A stretch of 64,000 nt of DNA from an uncultured Chloroflexia bacterium (GCA_963720755.1 CAVRGP010000002.1:192001-256000); one strand, 5' to 3'. Shown: positions 49,713-60,114, counted from the stretch's first letter. The notes: generated by a model not told the origin, from the sequence alone. A program made the numbers and translations.

Positions 49713-50462
49713 GTGTTCGTCCCCACCGTCCGCGTGGTCAGATCAGCCACAGCGCGCGCGATAGCTCGCCTGGCAAGCGCGTCCCCTCAGGCCCGCAGCC
49801 TGCGCTTCGGTTTCCCGGTTGCCGCGGCGTTGGCGTCCGTGGGTCTTGTCGATTCGACGGCGGATGTCCTGCCCGGCGGCGGCGCCTTTCTCCTGCTCCT
49901 CCTGCCGGTCATGGCCGTAGCGCTCGGCCTCGGCTTCTCAGCTGGCCTGCTCACACTGGGTCTCTGCGCGCTCGGCGCGGGGCTCCTCGTGCCGTTACGC
50001 GGACACCCGTGGCTATCCAGCCCTACGGACCTCATCCGATTGGCCCTGTACCTCGTCGAAGGGGCACTTGTGGCGATCCTGGCGTTTGGACTCCGAGCGC
50101 CCGCGAGGGAGGCGAGCAGGAGGCCTCGGCTATCGGATGACTCCGGACTCGACCCGATGACGACCCGTGAACTCGAGGTGCTGACCCTGGCGGCAGCCGG
50201 CCTCAAGACGGATGAGATCGCCCGGAAGATCTTTGTGTCCAGGAACACGGTCAAGACGCACCTCGCCCACACGTACGCGAAGCTCGGCGCCCAGAACCGC
50301 GCCGAGGCCGTCGCCACCGCACTTCGGATCGGCGTCATCGAACTCGTCCCCGGCGCGCCGACGCGAGAGCCAGGCCCGTCGGACGTTCTCGGGGGCGACC
50401 GTCAAGAGCCTCCGGTGTCGATCCGACAAGTCGATCCAGCGACTCGAGGGCCGAAGGTCTAA
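49713..50462 (+). CDS. Membrane-anchored (DUF4118-like) LuxR-HTH one-component regulator; start uncertain
   Basis: About four hydrophobic segments, then MTTRELEVL...TVKTHLAHTYAKLG. Confidence 0.72.
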   Translation: MFVPTVRVVRSATARAIARLASASPQARSLRFGFPVAAALASVGLVDSTADVLPGGGAFLLLLLPVMAVALGLGFSAGLLTLGLCALGAGLLVPLRGHPWLSSPTDLIRLALYLVEGALVAILAFGLRAPAREASRRPRLSDDSGLDPMTTRELEVLTLAAAGLKTDEIARKIFVSRNTVKTHLAHTYAKLGAQNRAEAVATALRIGVIELVPGAPTREPGPSDVLGGDRQEPPVSIRQVDPATRGPKV

Positions 50463-50525
50463 AGCGCTCGTCGGTTCGATTTCCGAGCGCCGGAAGGCTC
50501 GACTCCGCGCGTCGTGATCGCCAAA

Positions 50526-50541
50526 TCACCCGTTCGGGTGA
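50526..50541. promoter_or_regulatory. Palindromic operator, copy B
   Basis: Perfect TCACCCG-TT-CGGGTGA. Confidence 0.6.
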
Positions 50542-50684
50542 CGCCCGTCTGGATCACCGGCTGGCAGGGTGGGACTCTTCCAACCCGCCGATGCCTAAAT
50601 CGTCGCGCTGCGGATCGCTCGGCAGGCGAGTACTCACGCACCGCAGCGATCGGCCGCGGTCCAACGAATAGGAAGGGCGTCCCG

Positions 50685-51434
50685 ATGCAATCACCCAGGA
50701 CACTCGCCCGCGTCGCAGGGCTCGCCTATCTCATGGTGGCCGTTGCGGCAGGCGTCGCAGGCTACGCGCGCAGCACCATCGTGGTGTCGGGAGACGCCGC
50801 GGCGACGGCGGCCAACATCCGCGCATCGGAGACGTTGTTCCGCGTTGGCATCGTTGCCGACTTGCTCCAGGCGACATTCTTCATGCTGACCGCCATCGCC
50901 CTGTATGCCCTGCTCCACCACGTTCACCGGCTGGCGGCGTTCGCCATGGTGACCTTCGTCGCGGTCAGCGTTGCGATGCAGGCGCTGAACCTGGTCCTCC
51001 TGGTCGCCGCGCTGTCGATCGCGACCGGCGCCGGGTTCACGACCGCGTTCGGTCCAGCCGGTTCAGATGCCCTTGCGATGCTGTTCACCGACCTGCAGCA
51101 CGACGGCTTCGTCCTCTCCCAGATGTTCTTTGCCTTGTGGCTCCTGCCGCTTGGCTACCTTGTCGTGAAATCCGGGTACTTCCCCAAGGTTCTGGGCTAT
51201 CTATTGGTGCTCGCCTGCTTCGGATACCTCGCGGACATGTTCGCGTACCTTCTCGTGCCCGAATTCGAACCGGCCTTCCTGCCCGTCTCGGCCGTTCTGG
51301 GCGTGCTTGGTGAGGTGACGTTCATCGCGTGGCTGTTGGTGAAGGGGGTCAGGACGCGACCCGTGGAGGCATCCGTCATCGCCGACGGCCGAGCGGGCGC
51401 GCCTGCCGGCCGGAGCGCAGAGGCGTGGCGATGA
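50685..51434 (+). CDS. DUF4386-family membrane protein
   Basis: ARVAGLAYL, DAAATAANI, FFALWLLPLGYLV.KSGYFPK.LG, WLLVKG. Confidence 0.82.
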   Translation: MQSPRTLARVAGLAYLMVAVAAGVAGYARSTIVVSGDAAATAANIRASETLFRVGIVADLLQATFFMLTAIALYALLHHVHRLAAFAMVTFVAVSVAMQALNLVLLVAALSIATGAGFTTAFGPAGSDALAMLFTDLQHDGFVLSQMFFALWLLPLGYLVVKSGYFPKVLGYLLVLACFGYLADMFAYLLVPEFEPAFLPVSAVLGVLGEVTFIAWLLVKGVRTRPVEASVIADGRAGAPAGRSAEAWR

Positions 51435-51468
51435 AGGCCGTGGTGTACCGCGTTTACCAGGGCCGAGC

Positions 51469-52383
51469 ATGAATGTCGTCGAAGTCAGCGAACTCAGAAA
51501 GCAGTACGGCAGTCACGTGGCGGTCGACGGCGTGTCCTTCGCTGTCGCCGACGGCGAGATCTTCGGCATCCTCGGCCCGAACGGCGCGGGCAAGACGACG
51601 ACCGTCGAAACGATCGCCGGTTTGCGCAAGCCCGACGGCGGGACGATCCGTGTGCTCGGCCTCGACCCGCAGAAGGATCGTGACCGGCTGCGCCCACTCG
51701 TCGGCGTTCAGCTCCAGGAGAGCGAGCTGCCCGACCGCATGACCGCGGCCGAGGCGGTCGAGATGTTCGCGTCGTTCTATGCCGACCCGGAGGATCCGAC
51801 AAGGCTGATGGGCGACCTTGGACTGACCGAGAAGCGCCAGACGGAATACCGCAATCTGTCTGGCGGTCAGAAGCAGCGCCTCTCGATCGCACTGGCCCTC
51901 GTCGGCAAGCCGAAGGTCGCGATCCTCGATGAGCTGACGACGGGCCTCGACCCGCAGGCGCGCCGCGAGACGTGGCAGGTCATCGAGTCGATCCGCGAAC
52001 GGGGCGTCACCGTGCTCCTCGTCACGCACTTCATGGAGGAGGCGGAGCACCTCGCGGATCGCGTCGCGATCATCGACAGTGGCCGGATCGTCGCGATCGA
52101 CACGCCCGCCGGGATCATCTCGCGTCTCGACGCCGAGCAGACGCTCCGCTTCCGCCCGTCGGTGCCGATCGAGGATCGGCTGCTGACCGACCTTCCGGAG
52201 GTGAATGAGGTCAAGCGGGCAGGCCCCGTCGTCGCGGTCACCGGTACCGGCAACCTCATCCACGCCGTGACATCGGTCCTGGCTCAACACGGGGTCGTGG
52301 CCAACGACCTCCGGGTCGAGCAGGCCAACCTGGACGATGCGTACCTCGCCCTGACGGCCCGCACCGCAAAGGAGCTGGCATGA
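51469..52383 (+). CDS. ABC exporter ATP-binding protein
   Basis: GPNGAGKTT, LSGGQKQRL, LDELTTG. Confidence 0.92.
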   Translation: MNVVEVSELRKQYGSHVAVDGVSFAVADGEIFGILGPNGAGKTTTVETIAGLRKPDGGTIRVLGLDPQKDRDRLRPLVGVQLQESELPDRMTAAEAVEMFASFYADPEDPTRLMGDLGLTEKRQTEYRNLSGGQKQRLSIALALVGKPKVAILDELTTGLDPQARRETWQVIESIRERGVTVLLVTHFMEEAEHLADRVAIIDSGRIVAIDTPAGIISRLDAEQTLRFRPSVPIEDRLLTDLPEVNEVKRAGPVVAVTGTGNLIHAVTSVLAQHGVVANDLRVEQANLDDAYLALTARTAKELA

Positions 52384-53114
52384 ACGAGATGCGCGCCCTC
52401 ATCGTTGCCGAGACAAGGCTCCTCCTGCGCGAGCCGATCAGCTGGATCCTGTCGATCTTCCTTCCCACGACGATCCTGTTGGTCTTCGGCGTGATCCTCG
52501 CGCCTCACCGCCCGGATCCGATGTTCGGGGGCCTGCGGTTCATCGACGTGTTCGCCCCGTCGCTGGTCGTGATCGCCATGGCGATCCTCGCCCTCCAGAT
52601 CCTGCCGGTTCGCCTGACGACCTACCGTGAGCGGGGCATCCTGCGTCGCTTCTCGACGACGCCGGTCCACCCCAGGCGGCTGTTAGTCGCCCAGCTCGTC
52701 GTTTACTCGGTGACGGCGACCCTCGGCGTGGTCCTGCTGATCGTCGTCGGCAACCTCGCGTTCGACATCCGGATCCCGGCAGATCCGATCGGCTTCGTGG
52801 CCGCGTTCGGCGTCGGGATGGCGGGCCTCCTGGCGGTCGGGCTGCTGCTGGCCGCGGTCGCGCCGTCGACCGGCGTCGCCACGGCCGTCGGGGTCCTGAC
52901 GTTCATGGTCGTGCTTCTGCTGGGCGGCGTCTACGTCCCCCGGGCGATCCTGCCCGAGACGCTCATCAGGATCGGCGAGTTCACGCCACCAGGCGTCCAG
53001 GGGCTCCAGGACGCATGGGTGGGTGCGTCTCCGCAGCTCCTGCCGCTGGCCGTGCTGGCTGTTCTGGCCGTCGTCCTTGGCGCGATCGCCAGCCGCACGT
53101 TCCGCTGGGAGTGA
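52380..53114 (+). CDS. ABC-2 permease
   Basis: YRERGILRR, C-terminal FRWE. Confidence 0.88.
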   Translation: MNEMRALIVAETRLLLREPISWILSIFLPTTILLVFGVILAPHRPDPMFGGLRFIDVFAPSLVVIAMAILALQILPVRLTTYRERGILRRFSTTPVHPRRLLVAQLVVYSVTATLGVVLLIVVGNLAFDIRIPADPIGFVAAFGVGMAGLLAVGLLLAAVAPSTGVATAVGVLTFMVVLLLGGVYVPRAILPETLIRIGEFTPPGVQGLQDAWVGASPQLLPLAVLAVLAVVLGAIASRTFRWE

Positions 53115-53264
53115 CCGCTCGCATCGGCGCGAATGGACGCAGGCCCGGCGCCACGAGCGAATAGGCGTCCATCACCCTCTCCCGGCTCAGGGACACCGTT
53201 ACACCGTCCAGACGCAGGGGTCCGGGATCGCTCGGGCCGACCAGCAGGAAGCAAGGAGAAGCCT

Positions 53265-54278
53265 ATGACCGCCACGGTGACAGACCAGATCACGATGAAG
53301 GCGATCGTCCAGGATCGGTACGGCTCGGCAGATGTCCTGGAGCTGCGCGACGTCGAAAAGCCCGGGATCGGCGACGACGAGGTGCTCGTCCGGGTTCACG
53401 CAGCCGGCGTCCACGCCGGCGACTGGCACCTCATGGCGGGGCTGCCGTACCTCATCCGCATGGGGTTCGGGCTGCGCGCGCCCAAGCAACCTGTCCGGGG
53501 CACGGACGTCGCAGGGACGGTCGAGGCGGTCGGCAAGGACGTGACCAGGTTCCAGCCCGGTGATGCGGTCTTCGGCATCGGGGCCGGCGCGTTCGCCGAA
53601 TTCACGATCGCTCGACAGGACAAGCTCGCGCCGATGCCCGCCAACGTCAGCTTCGATGCGGCCGCGACGGTCCCCACCTCCGGGTCGACGGCGCTGCAGG
53701 GGCTTCGCGACGTGGGAAAGCTGCAGCCGGGGCAGAAGGCACTGATCATCGGCGCGGCGGGAGGCGTGGGATCGTTCGCCGTGCAGATCGCCAAGGCTCT
53801 CGGAGCCCACGTCACCGGCGTCTGCAGCACGACGAAGGTGGACCTGGTCCGGTCGATCGGCGCGGATGAGGTCATCGACTACACGCAAGAGGATCTTGTC
53901 GAGGGCGGGCAGCGCTTCGACCTCATCTTCGATACCGCCGGAGGCCGTTCCCTCTCCCAGCTGCGGCGTGCCCTGGCGCCAAAGGGGACGCTCGTGATCG
54001 TGGGAGCCGAAGGGGGCGACCGGTGGATCGGTGGGATCGATCGACAGCTCCGGGCCACGATATTGTCGCCGTTCGTAGGCCAGAAGCTGGGTACGTTCTT
54101 GTCGAAGGAGAACAACGAGGACCTGCACGTCCTGAAGGCATTGATCGAGTCGGGAAAGGTCACGCCGGTCATCGATCGGATCTACCCGCTGGACGAGGTT
54201 CCCGAGGCCATCCGGTACCTGCACGAGGGCCACGCGCGGGGCAAGATCGTGATCGGCCTTGACCGTGCGACGGCCTGA
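53265..54278 (+). CDS. NAD(P)-dependent MDR oxidoreductase
   Basis: AAGGAG RBS; MKAIVQDRYG, GAAGGVG, GHARGKIVI. Confidence 0.9.
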   Translation: MTATVTDQITMKAIVQDRYGSADVLELRDVEKPGIGDDEVLVRVHAAGVHAGDWHLMAGLPYLIRMGFGLRAPKQPVRGTDVAGTVEAVGKDVTRFQPGDAVFGIGAGAFAEFTIARQDKLAPMPANVSFDAAATVPTSGSTALQGLRDVGKLQPGQKALIIGAAGGVGSFAVQIAKALGAHVTGVCSTTKVDLVRSIGADEVIDYTQEDLVEGGQRFDLIFDTAGGRSLSQLRRALAPKGTLVIVGAEGGDRWIGGIDRQLRATILSPFVGQKLGTFLSKENNEDLHVLKALIESGKVTPVIDRIYPLDEVPEAIRYLHEGHARGKIVIGLDRATA

Positions 54279-54344
54279 CGAGGTGGACGCCGTGGCCCTT
54301 CGACCGGTCGTTGCGCAGGCGAGGAACTCAGGGAGGATGGACAC

Positions 54345-54503
54345 GTGCAGAAGAAGCGATTGAACCAGGGGGCGTGCATCGCCCTCGGTGCTGGGATCGG
54401 CGCCGCAATCGGGAACGCTATCGGCAACGTCGGCGTTGGCATCGCCGTGGGTATCGCCATCGGTGCTGCCATCGGAGCCAAGTTGCCGGGCGCTGAGGGC
54501 TAG
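54345..54503 (+). CDS. Glycine-zipper membrane microprotein, copy 2 (52 aa, not in ORF track)
   Basis: GGAGGA RBS; MQKKRLNQGACIALGAGIGAAIGNAIGNVGVGIAVGIAIGAAIGAKLPGAEG. Confidence 0.65.
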   Translation: MQKKRLNQGACIALGAGIGAAIGNAIGNVGVGIAVGIAIGAAIGAKLPGAEG

Positions 54504-55477
54504 ATGAAAGCGATCCGCCGGGACAGGTACGGCCCGCCCGACATCCTGGAACTCGACGAAATCGAGAAGCCCGTCCCGGGGGCCGACGAGGTCCTGGTCC
54601 GTGTCCGGGCGTCATCCCTGAACCAGGCCGACCTGGATTACCTCCTGGGCAAGCCATTCCTGACGCGGATGGGCACCGGGCTCCGGACGCCCAGGAACCT
54701 TGGCCTGGGTCTGGATGTGGCCGGGCAGGTCGAGGCGGTCGGCCCCGACGTGACCGCGTTTCAGCCGGGTGACGAGGTGTTCGGGGACCTGACCGCGTTC
54801 GGCTATGGGGCCTTCGCCGAGTACGCGTGCGCCCCGGAGCACGCCTGGGCACGGATGCCCGCCAGCCTGACTTTCGAGGAAGCGGCGACCATCCCGCAGG
54901 CGGCAATCCTGGCCATCCAGGGTCTGAAGCGAGGGGAACAGATCGGGCCGGGAACCAGGGTGCTCGTCAACGGTGCGTCGGGCAACGTGGGGCCGTTCGC
55001 CGTCCAGATCGCGAAGGCCTTCGGGGCCCACGTGACGGGGGTCTGCAGCACCGCCAAGATGGACATGGTGCGAGGACTCGGCGCCGATGAGGTGATCGAC
55101 TACACGCGCGAGGACTACACCAGAAGTGGGCAGCGGTACGACTGGATCGTCGATGTCGCGGGCAACCGATCCATCCTGGATTGCCGGCGCGCGCTGAAGC
55201 CCGGGGGCGTCTACGCCATGGTCGGCGGTCCCACGAGCCGCATCTTTGGGGCGCTGGTTCTCGGGCCGCTGATCTCGCTGGCCGGCCGCAGGAAGATGGG
55301 TCTGATGATGTGGTGGAAGGTCTTCAAGAAGGAGGATGTCGCCCTTCTGGAAACGCTCATCGAAGCGGGCCAGATCAGGCCGGTCATCGACCGGCGGTAT
55401 CCGCTGGCGGGCGTTCCTGAAGCGCTCCGGTACCTGCAGGACGGCCAGGCCGCGGGAAGGTCGTCATCACAGGGTGA
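54504..55477 (+). CDS. NAD(P)-dependent MDR oxidoreductase with a 1-nt deletion near its 3' end
   Basis: MKAIRRDRYG...VIDRRYPL; the expected terminal GKVVITG* is in another frame (TGA 55475-55477). Confidence 0.8.
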
Positions 55478-56130
55478 CGCGTCTTGCCCCGCCGACCATC
55501 GCCGGGCGGGTCGACGTGGGACGGGTCGATGGCGACAGGAAGCCTGTCCTGGATCCAAATCGAGCGCGGGGCGGAACCCGACCGACGCCGAGCTCCGAGC
55601 AGTGGGGCACAGGCCGTACGAGCGACGACGCGGCCGCCTGCATGCCCTGGTAGAGCCGCCCGTTCTCGATGGCCGTGGCCGCTTCGAAGGTGAGCGTCCG
55701 GGCGAGGAGGAGGTCGAAGAGTCGCCGCACCTCCACTCGCTCTGTCGCCTCATCCGGGCGTGCAGAGGCAGCTCCTTCGTCCTCTCGCCGGGTCGCGGGG
55801 TCCGTGTCGCCCACGTCTACTCGCAGCCCCGGCACCTTGCTCCGATCCTCGTTCATCGATTTCCGGGAGGAGCCGCTCGAAGATGGCCGCTCAGATGGGC
55901 AGCGTGGTCATGCCGGGCAAACCGGTCCACGGTGATGATCGGTCACTGGTCGATCAACGTCATGACCGAGCGTCATCTGCCCGCGGGCTCAGGGCCTCAT
56001 CGCATGACGAACCGTCATGACGTGGCGCCGCCCGGGGTGCCTACTGCAAACAGCGCACTGGCTGGCGAGTCGCCCGGCGGTTGTCATCAGACCCCGCTTC
56101 ACCGGATGCCGCAGGTAAGGGAGAAACGCC

Positions 56131-56550
56131 ATGGCCATCGATCAAGTCGACCAGAAGGTCGTCACCACCCAGGAACCCACGGTCTCGGGCCAGGAAACGG
56201 TGCAGACGGACAGCCGCCGCACCACCACGGCAGGCCCCGGGGGCGCCGAGCTCGCCAGCCGCATCGTGGTCCTCGTGTTCGGGCTGATCCAGATCGTCAT
56301 CGGGGCGCGTATCGTCCTGCTCCTGCTCGACGCGAGAGAGTCCAACGCCCTCGTTTCGGCAGTCCTCGATATCAGCCAGGTGTTCGTGGCGCCGTTCGAA
56401 GGGATCCTGCGAACGGACTCCCTCCATTCGGCGGGCTCCGTCCTCGACGTCACCGCCATCGTGGCTTTCGTCGGCTGGACGATCCTCGAACTGATCGTGC
56501 TCTGGGTCATCGGGATCTTCGCCCGCCGATCGACCGTAGCAACCGTCTGA
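56131..56550 (+). CDS. YGGT-like membrane protein
   Basis: RIVLLLL.A...N, FVAPFEGI; GGGAG RBS. Confidence 0.72.
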   Translation: MAIDQVDQKVVTTQEPTVSGQETVQTDSRRTTTAGPGGAELASRIVVLVFGLIQIVIGARIVLLLLDARESNALVSAVLDISQVFVAPFEGILRTDSLHSAGSVLDVTAIVAFVGWTILELIVLWVIGIFARRSTVATV

Positions 56551-56625
56551 CCGCAGCGGACCGGTGATCCTCCGCCATCTATGCGGCCCGTCCCGGACGG
56601 GCGCGACACGAAAGGAACAACTCCC

Positions 56626-56892
56626 ATGGGAATCATCGCCTGGATCGTCCTCGGCGCGCTCGCCGGGTTTATCGCCAATCTCATCATGGGCGGAGGCGAG
56701 GGCCTCATCATGATGATCATCCTCGGCATCGTCGGTGCCGTGGTCGGCGGCTTCATCGCAGGGTCCCTGCTCGGCATCGCCGACATCACGGGCTTAAACA
56801 TCGAGAGCCTTCTTGTCGCCGTGTTCGGCGCCATCGTCGTCATCTTCGTCGCGCGGCTCGTGCTCACGCGCGGCGCGAGCAGAGCCCTCTGA
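56626..56892 (+). CDS. GlsB/YeaQ/YmgE stress-response membrane protein
   Basis: MGIIAWIVLG.LAG.IA..IM, ILGIVGAVVGG. Confidence 0.88.
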   Translation: MGIIAWIVLGALAGFIANLIMGGGEGLIMMIILGIVGAVVGGFIAGSLLGIADITGLNIESLLVAVFGAIVVIFVARLVLTRGASRAL

Positions 56893-57074
56893 TGCCCGAC
56901 CAGCACGTCAAGGGTGCCGTCAATACCGTCAAGGGCACTGTCAACGAAGACGTCGGCAAGCTGACCGACGACAGGAAGCTCGAGGCGAAGGGCAAGGTGC
57001 AAAAGGTCGAGGGCAAGGCCCAGGGCAAGTTGGGCGACGTCCAGGACGCCATCCACAAGGACGACCACGACTGA
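56892..57074 (+). CDS. csbD: CsbD-family stress protein
   Basis: KGTVNEDVGKLTDDRKLEAKGK...GKAQ. Confidence 0.85.
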   Translation: MPDQHVKGAVNTVKGTVNEDVGKLTDDRKLEAKGKVQKVEGKAQGKLGDVQDAIHKDDHD

Positions 57075-57246
57075 ACGCTTGCGCGTCGCCGAGCCCTGCG
57101 CCGGGTCGGGCTCTTCCCGTAACGCGCGACCCGCGGCCACAAGGCGCAGTCGCAAGACCATGCGTGCGTATCCTCATCCGTGTCGGGTGTCGTAACGCTA
57201 GAACGCCGCGCACCGTGAGCGCGCTACCTGCGGGGAGTCTTCTGAG

Positions 57247-58140
57247 ATGACGTTCAACAAGGGCGCAAGGCTCGATCCATCGCAGGTGGAAGACGTCCGC
57301 GGGTCGCGGATCGGCGGGCGTGGCTTGATGGTCGGCGGCGGCGGCGGGATCGGGATCGTCATCGCCCTCATGTGGGTGCCCTGGTGGCAGCCTGCAGACC
57401 GGCGAGACGGACGCGGCCTGGTCGACCAGACGATCGGCGGTGGCGTCGAGCAGCCTGGTCCTGCCGGCAGCGCCCTGGCGGCCGAGTGCCAGACGGGGGC
57501 CGACGCGAACGCCATCGAGGATTGCCGGATCGTCGGCTACGTCAACAGCATCCAGGCGTACTGGACCGATGAGTTCGCTGCCTCTGGGCGGCGATACGAT
57601 CTGGCCAGGACGCGCTTCTTCACCGACCAGATCAGCACCGGCTGCGGCATCGCGTCGTCCGCCAGCGGCCCGTTCTACTGTCCGCCCGACAAGTACGTCT
57701 ACATCGATCTCGGGTTCTTCGACGAGCTCCGCTCCACCTTCGGCGCCCAGGGGGGCCCGTTCGCCCAGGCGTACATCCTTGCCCACGAATACGGGCACCA
57801 CGTCCAGGATCTCCTTGGAACGCTATCGGGCGGGACGGGCCAGCAGGGAGCGACCGGGCAGTCGGTCCGGATCGAGCTCCAGGCCGACTGCTACGCCGGC
57901 GTCTGGGCGGGCAATGCGGCTGCCACAGGTTTCCTTGTGCCACTCACCGACGCCGAGATCGCCGATGCCCTCGATGCCGCGTCGGCCGTTGGCGATGACC
58001 GGATCCAGCAGGAGATGCAGGGCCAGGTCAACCCCGAGACCTGGACCCACGGCTCGTCCGCCCAGCGCCAGAAGTGGTTCACGGCCGGCTACCAGGTGGG
58101 ATCGCCGGAAGGTTGCGACACGTTTACCGGCAACCCATGA
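57247..58140 (+). CDS. Neutral zinc metallopeptidase (YpfJ family)
   Basis: [40 protein letters not shown]. Confidence 0.9.
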   Translation: MTFNKGARLDPSQVEDVRGSRIGGRGLMVGGGGGIGIVIALMWVPWWQPADRRDGRGLVDQTIGGGVEQPGPAGSALAAECQTGADANAIEDCRIVGYVNSIQAYWTDEFAASGRRYDLARTRFFTDQISTGCGIASSASGPFYCPPDKYVYIDLGFFDELRSTFGAQGGPFAQAYILAHEYGHHVQDLLGTLSGGTGQQGATGQSVRIELQADCYAGVWAGNAAATGFLVPLTDAEIADALDAASAVGDDRIQQEMQGQVNPETWTHGSSAQRQKWFTAGYQVGSPEGCDTFTGNP

Positions 58141-58158
58141 TCTGGGGCGTGGACCGAT

Positions 58159-60114
58159 TTAGGTACTCGCCGTCCCCGGTTTCCAGGTGAAAGCGGGCGC
58201 CTCCTGCGTCGTCGGATCGGCCTCCTCCTCGTCGGCCTGTTCGGCGAACTGCGTTTCATACAGCTCGGCATACAGGCCGCCGGCAGCCAGCAATTCGGCG
58301 TGCCGGCCGCGCTCCACGATCCGCCCCTCCAGCAGGACCAGGATCTGGGCAGCTTCGCGAACCGTGGACAGCCGGTGTGCGATAACGAGTGACGTGCGGC
58401 CCACCAGCGCCGTCCGGAATGCCATCTGCACGGCGTGCTCAGACTCCGAATCCAGGTGGGCGGTCGCCTCATCGAGGACCACGATGTCCGGCGCCTTCAG
58501 GAGCAGGCGGGCGATGGCGATCCGCTGCTTCTCCCCGCCCGAGAACCTGAACCCACGGTCGCCCGCGATGGTGTTCAATCCATCGGGCAGCGAGTCGATG
58601 AGCGGCAGGATCTGCGCCGCCCGCAGGGCGCCCCTGATCTCCTCCTCGGTTGCATCGCTCTTCGCGTACATCAGGTTCTCGCGGATCGTCGTGTGGAACA
58701 GGTGCGCATCCTGGGTCACGACGCCGATCGCCTGTCGCAGCGACGGGAGGGTCGCGTCGCGGACGTCAACGTCGTTGATCCGGACCGCGCCGCCGGTCAC
58801 GTCGTAGAGGCGCGGCAACAGCGTGCTGATCGTCGTCTTGCCGGCTCCCGAGGGACCGACGAGCGCGATCATGTCGCCCGGTTGCGCAACGAAGCTGACG
58901 TCGTGCAGGACCTGCTGGGAGGGAGCCTGGTCGAGGATCGCAACCAATTCGAGCGACGCGAGGGAGATCTCGGCTGCTGACGGATAGCTGAAGTCAACGT
59001 GTTCGAATTCGACCTTCGCGGGGCCACGACGGATCGCCACCGCTTGGGGATTCTCCGTGACCATGGGCTTCAGGTCCAGGACCTCGAAGATCCGGTCGAA
59101 GGACACGAGGGCGGTGAGGATGTTGACCTGGACGTTCGAAAGCGCGGCAAGCGGTTGGTAGAGCCGACCGAGGTAGGCGCTGAGCGCCACCAGCGTTCCC
59201 AGCTGCAGCGTGCCCTGGGCCGCCAGGACGCCACCCCAGCCGTAGACGACCGCGGTGGTGAGCGACGCGGTCACCAGGAGTCCGGCGCCGAAGAACGCCA
59301 TGTACATCGCCCGGACCACGTTGATATCGCGGACCCGCCCGGCCTTCTCGTCGAACAGGCGGGTTTCCATGTCCGGCTGGCCGAACAGCTTGACCAGCAG
59401 CGCTCCGGCCACGTTGAAGCGCTCGCTCATCATCGACGTCATGTCCGAGTTCAGGTTGTAGCTCTCGAGCGTCAGCGCCTGGATGCGCTTGCCCATCCAC
59501 CGGACCGGGAGGAGGAAGAGCGGGAAGATCACGAGGGCCACGACCGTGATCTGCCAATTCAGCAGCAGCATCGCTATGAGGGTCACGATCACGGTGATCA
59601 CGTTGCCCACCACGGATGACAGCACGTTGGTGAACGCACCCTGGGCGTCCGACACGTCGTTGTTCAGGCGGCTGATAAGAGCCCCCGTCTGGGTGCGGCT
59701 GAAGAAGGCCAGCGGCATCGTCTGGAAATGCGCGAAGACCTTCGTGCGCATGTCGAACACGAGGCCCTGGCTGATCCGCGATGCGATCCACCGTTCGGTC
59801 AGCAGCAGGAGCGCGTCCATCACGGCGAACATGGCCAACACCACCGCCAGCGCGATCACGACCTGCGAATCCCCCGGGATGATGCCTTGGTCGATGATCC
59901 CTTTGTAGATGAGCGGCGTGAGCGCACCGATCCCCGCATCGATGCCGACCAGGATCAGAAACACCAGCAGCTTCCATCTGTACCGCGCGCCAAACGTGGC
60001 GATCCGACGGATGAGCCCGGGCGAGAGCTCCATGCTGGTCGGCGGGCCGTCGCGCCGAGGTTTGGCGCGCATGGACTTGAATCCGCCGCCCCGGAACCCG
60101 CCGGGCAGGCTCAC
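58159..60114 (-). CDS. ABC transporter fused permease/ATPase (MsbA/MDR-like)
   Basis: TM domain, GPSGAGKTT, FSGGEKQR, LDEATAHLD. Confidence 0.92.
   Translation of the reverse strand: MSLPGGFRGGGFKSMRAKPRRDGPPTSMELSPGLIRRIATFGARYRWKLLVFLILVGIDAGIGALTPLIYKGIIDQGIIPGDSQVVIALAVVLAMFAVMDALLLLTERWIASRISQGLVFDMRTKVFAHFQTMPLAFFSRTQTGALISRLNNDVSDAQGAFTNVLSSVVGNVITVIVTLIAMLLLNWQITVVALVIFPLFLLPVRWMGKRIQALTLESYNLNSDMTSMMSERFNVAGALLVKLFGQPDMETRLFDEKAGRVRDINVVRAMYMAFFGAGLLVTASLTTAVVYGWGGVLAAQGTLQLGTLVALSAYLGRLYQPLAALSNVQVNILTALVSFDRIFEVLDLKPMVTENPQAVAIRRGPAKVEFEHVDFSYPSAAEISLASLELVAILDQAPSQQVLHDVSFVAQPGDMIALVGPSGAGKTTISTLLPRLYDVTGGAVRINDVDVRDATLPSLRQAIGVVTQDAHLFHTTIRENLMYAKSDATEEEIRGALRAAQILPLIDSLPDGLNTIAGDRGFRFSGGEKQRIAIARLLLKAPDIVVLDEATAHLDSESEHAVQMAFRTALVGRTSLVIAHRLSTVREAAQILVLLEGRIVERGRHAELLAAGGLYAELYETQFAEQADEEEADPTTQEAPAFTWKPGTAST

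Noticed and set aside
54504-56567. 687-aa MDR fusion protein
   Set aside because: Read-through caused by a 1-nt deletion near 55452; the normal C-terminus GKVVITG* is in the adjacent frame and the extension overlaps other genes.
57365-57420. Odd segment [14 protein letters not shown] in the YpfJ-like peptidase
   Set aside because: Possibly compensating indels or a naturally variable linker; it cannot be resolved and is not evidence of novelty.
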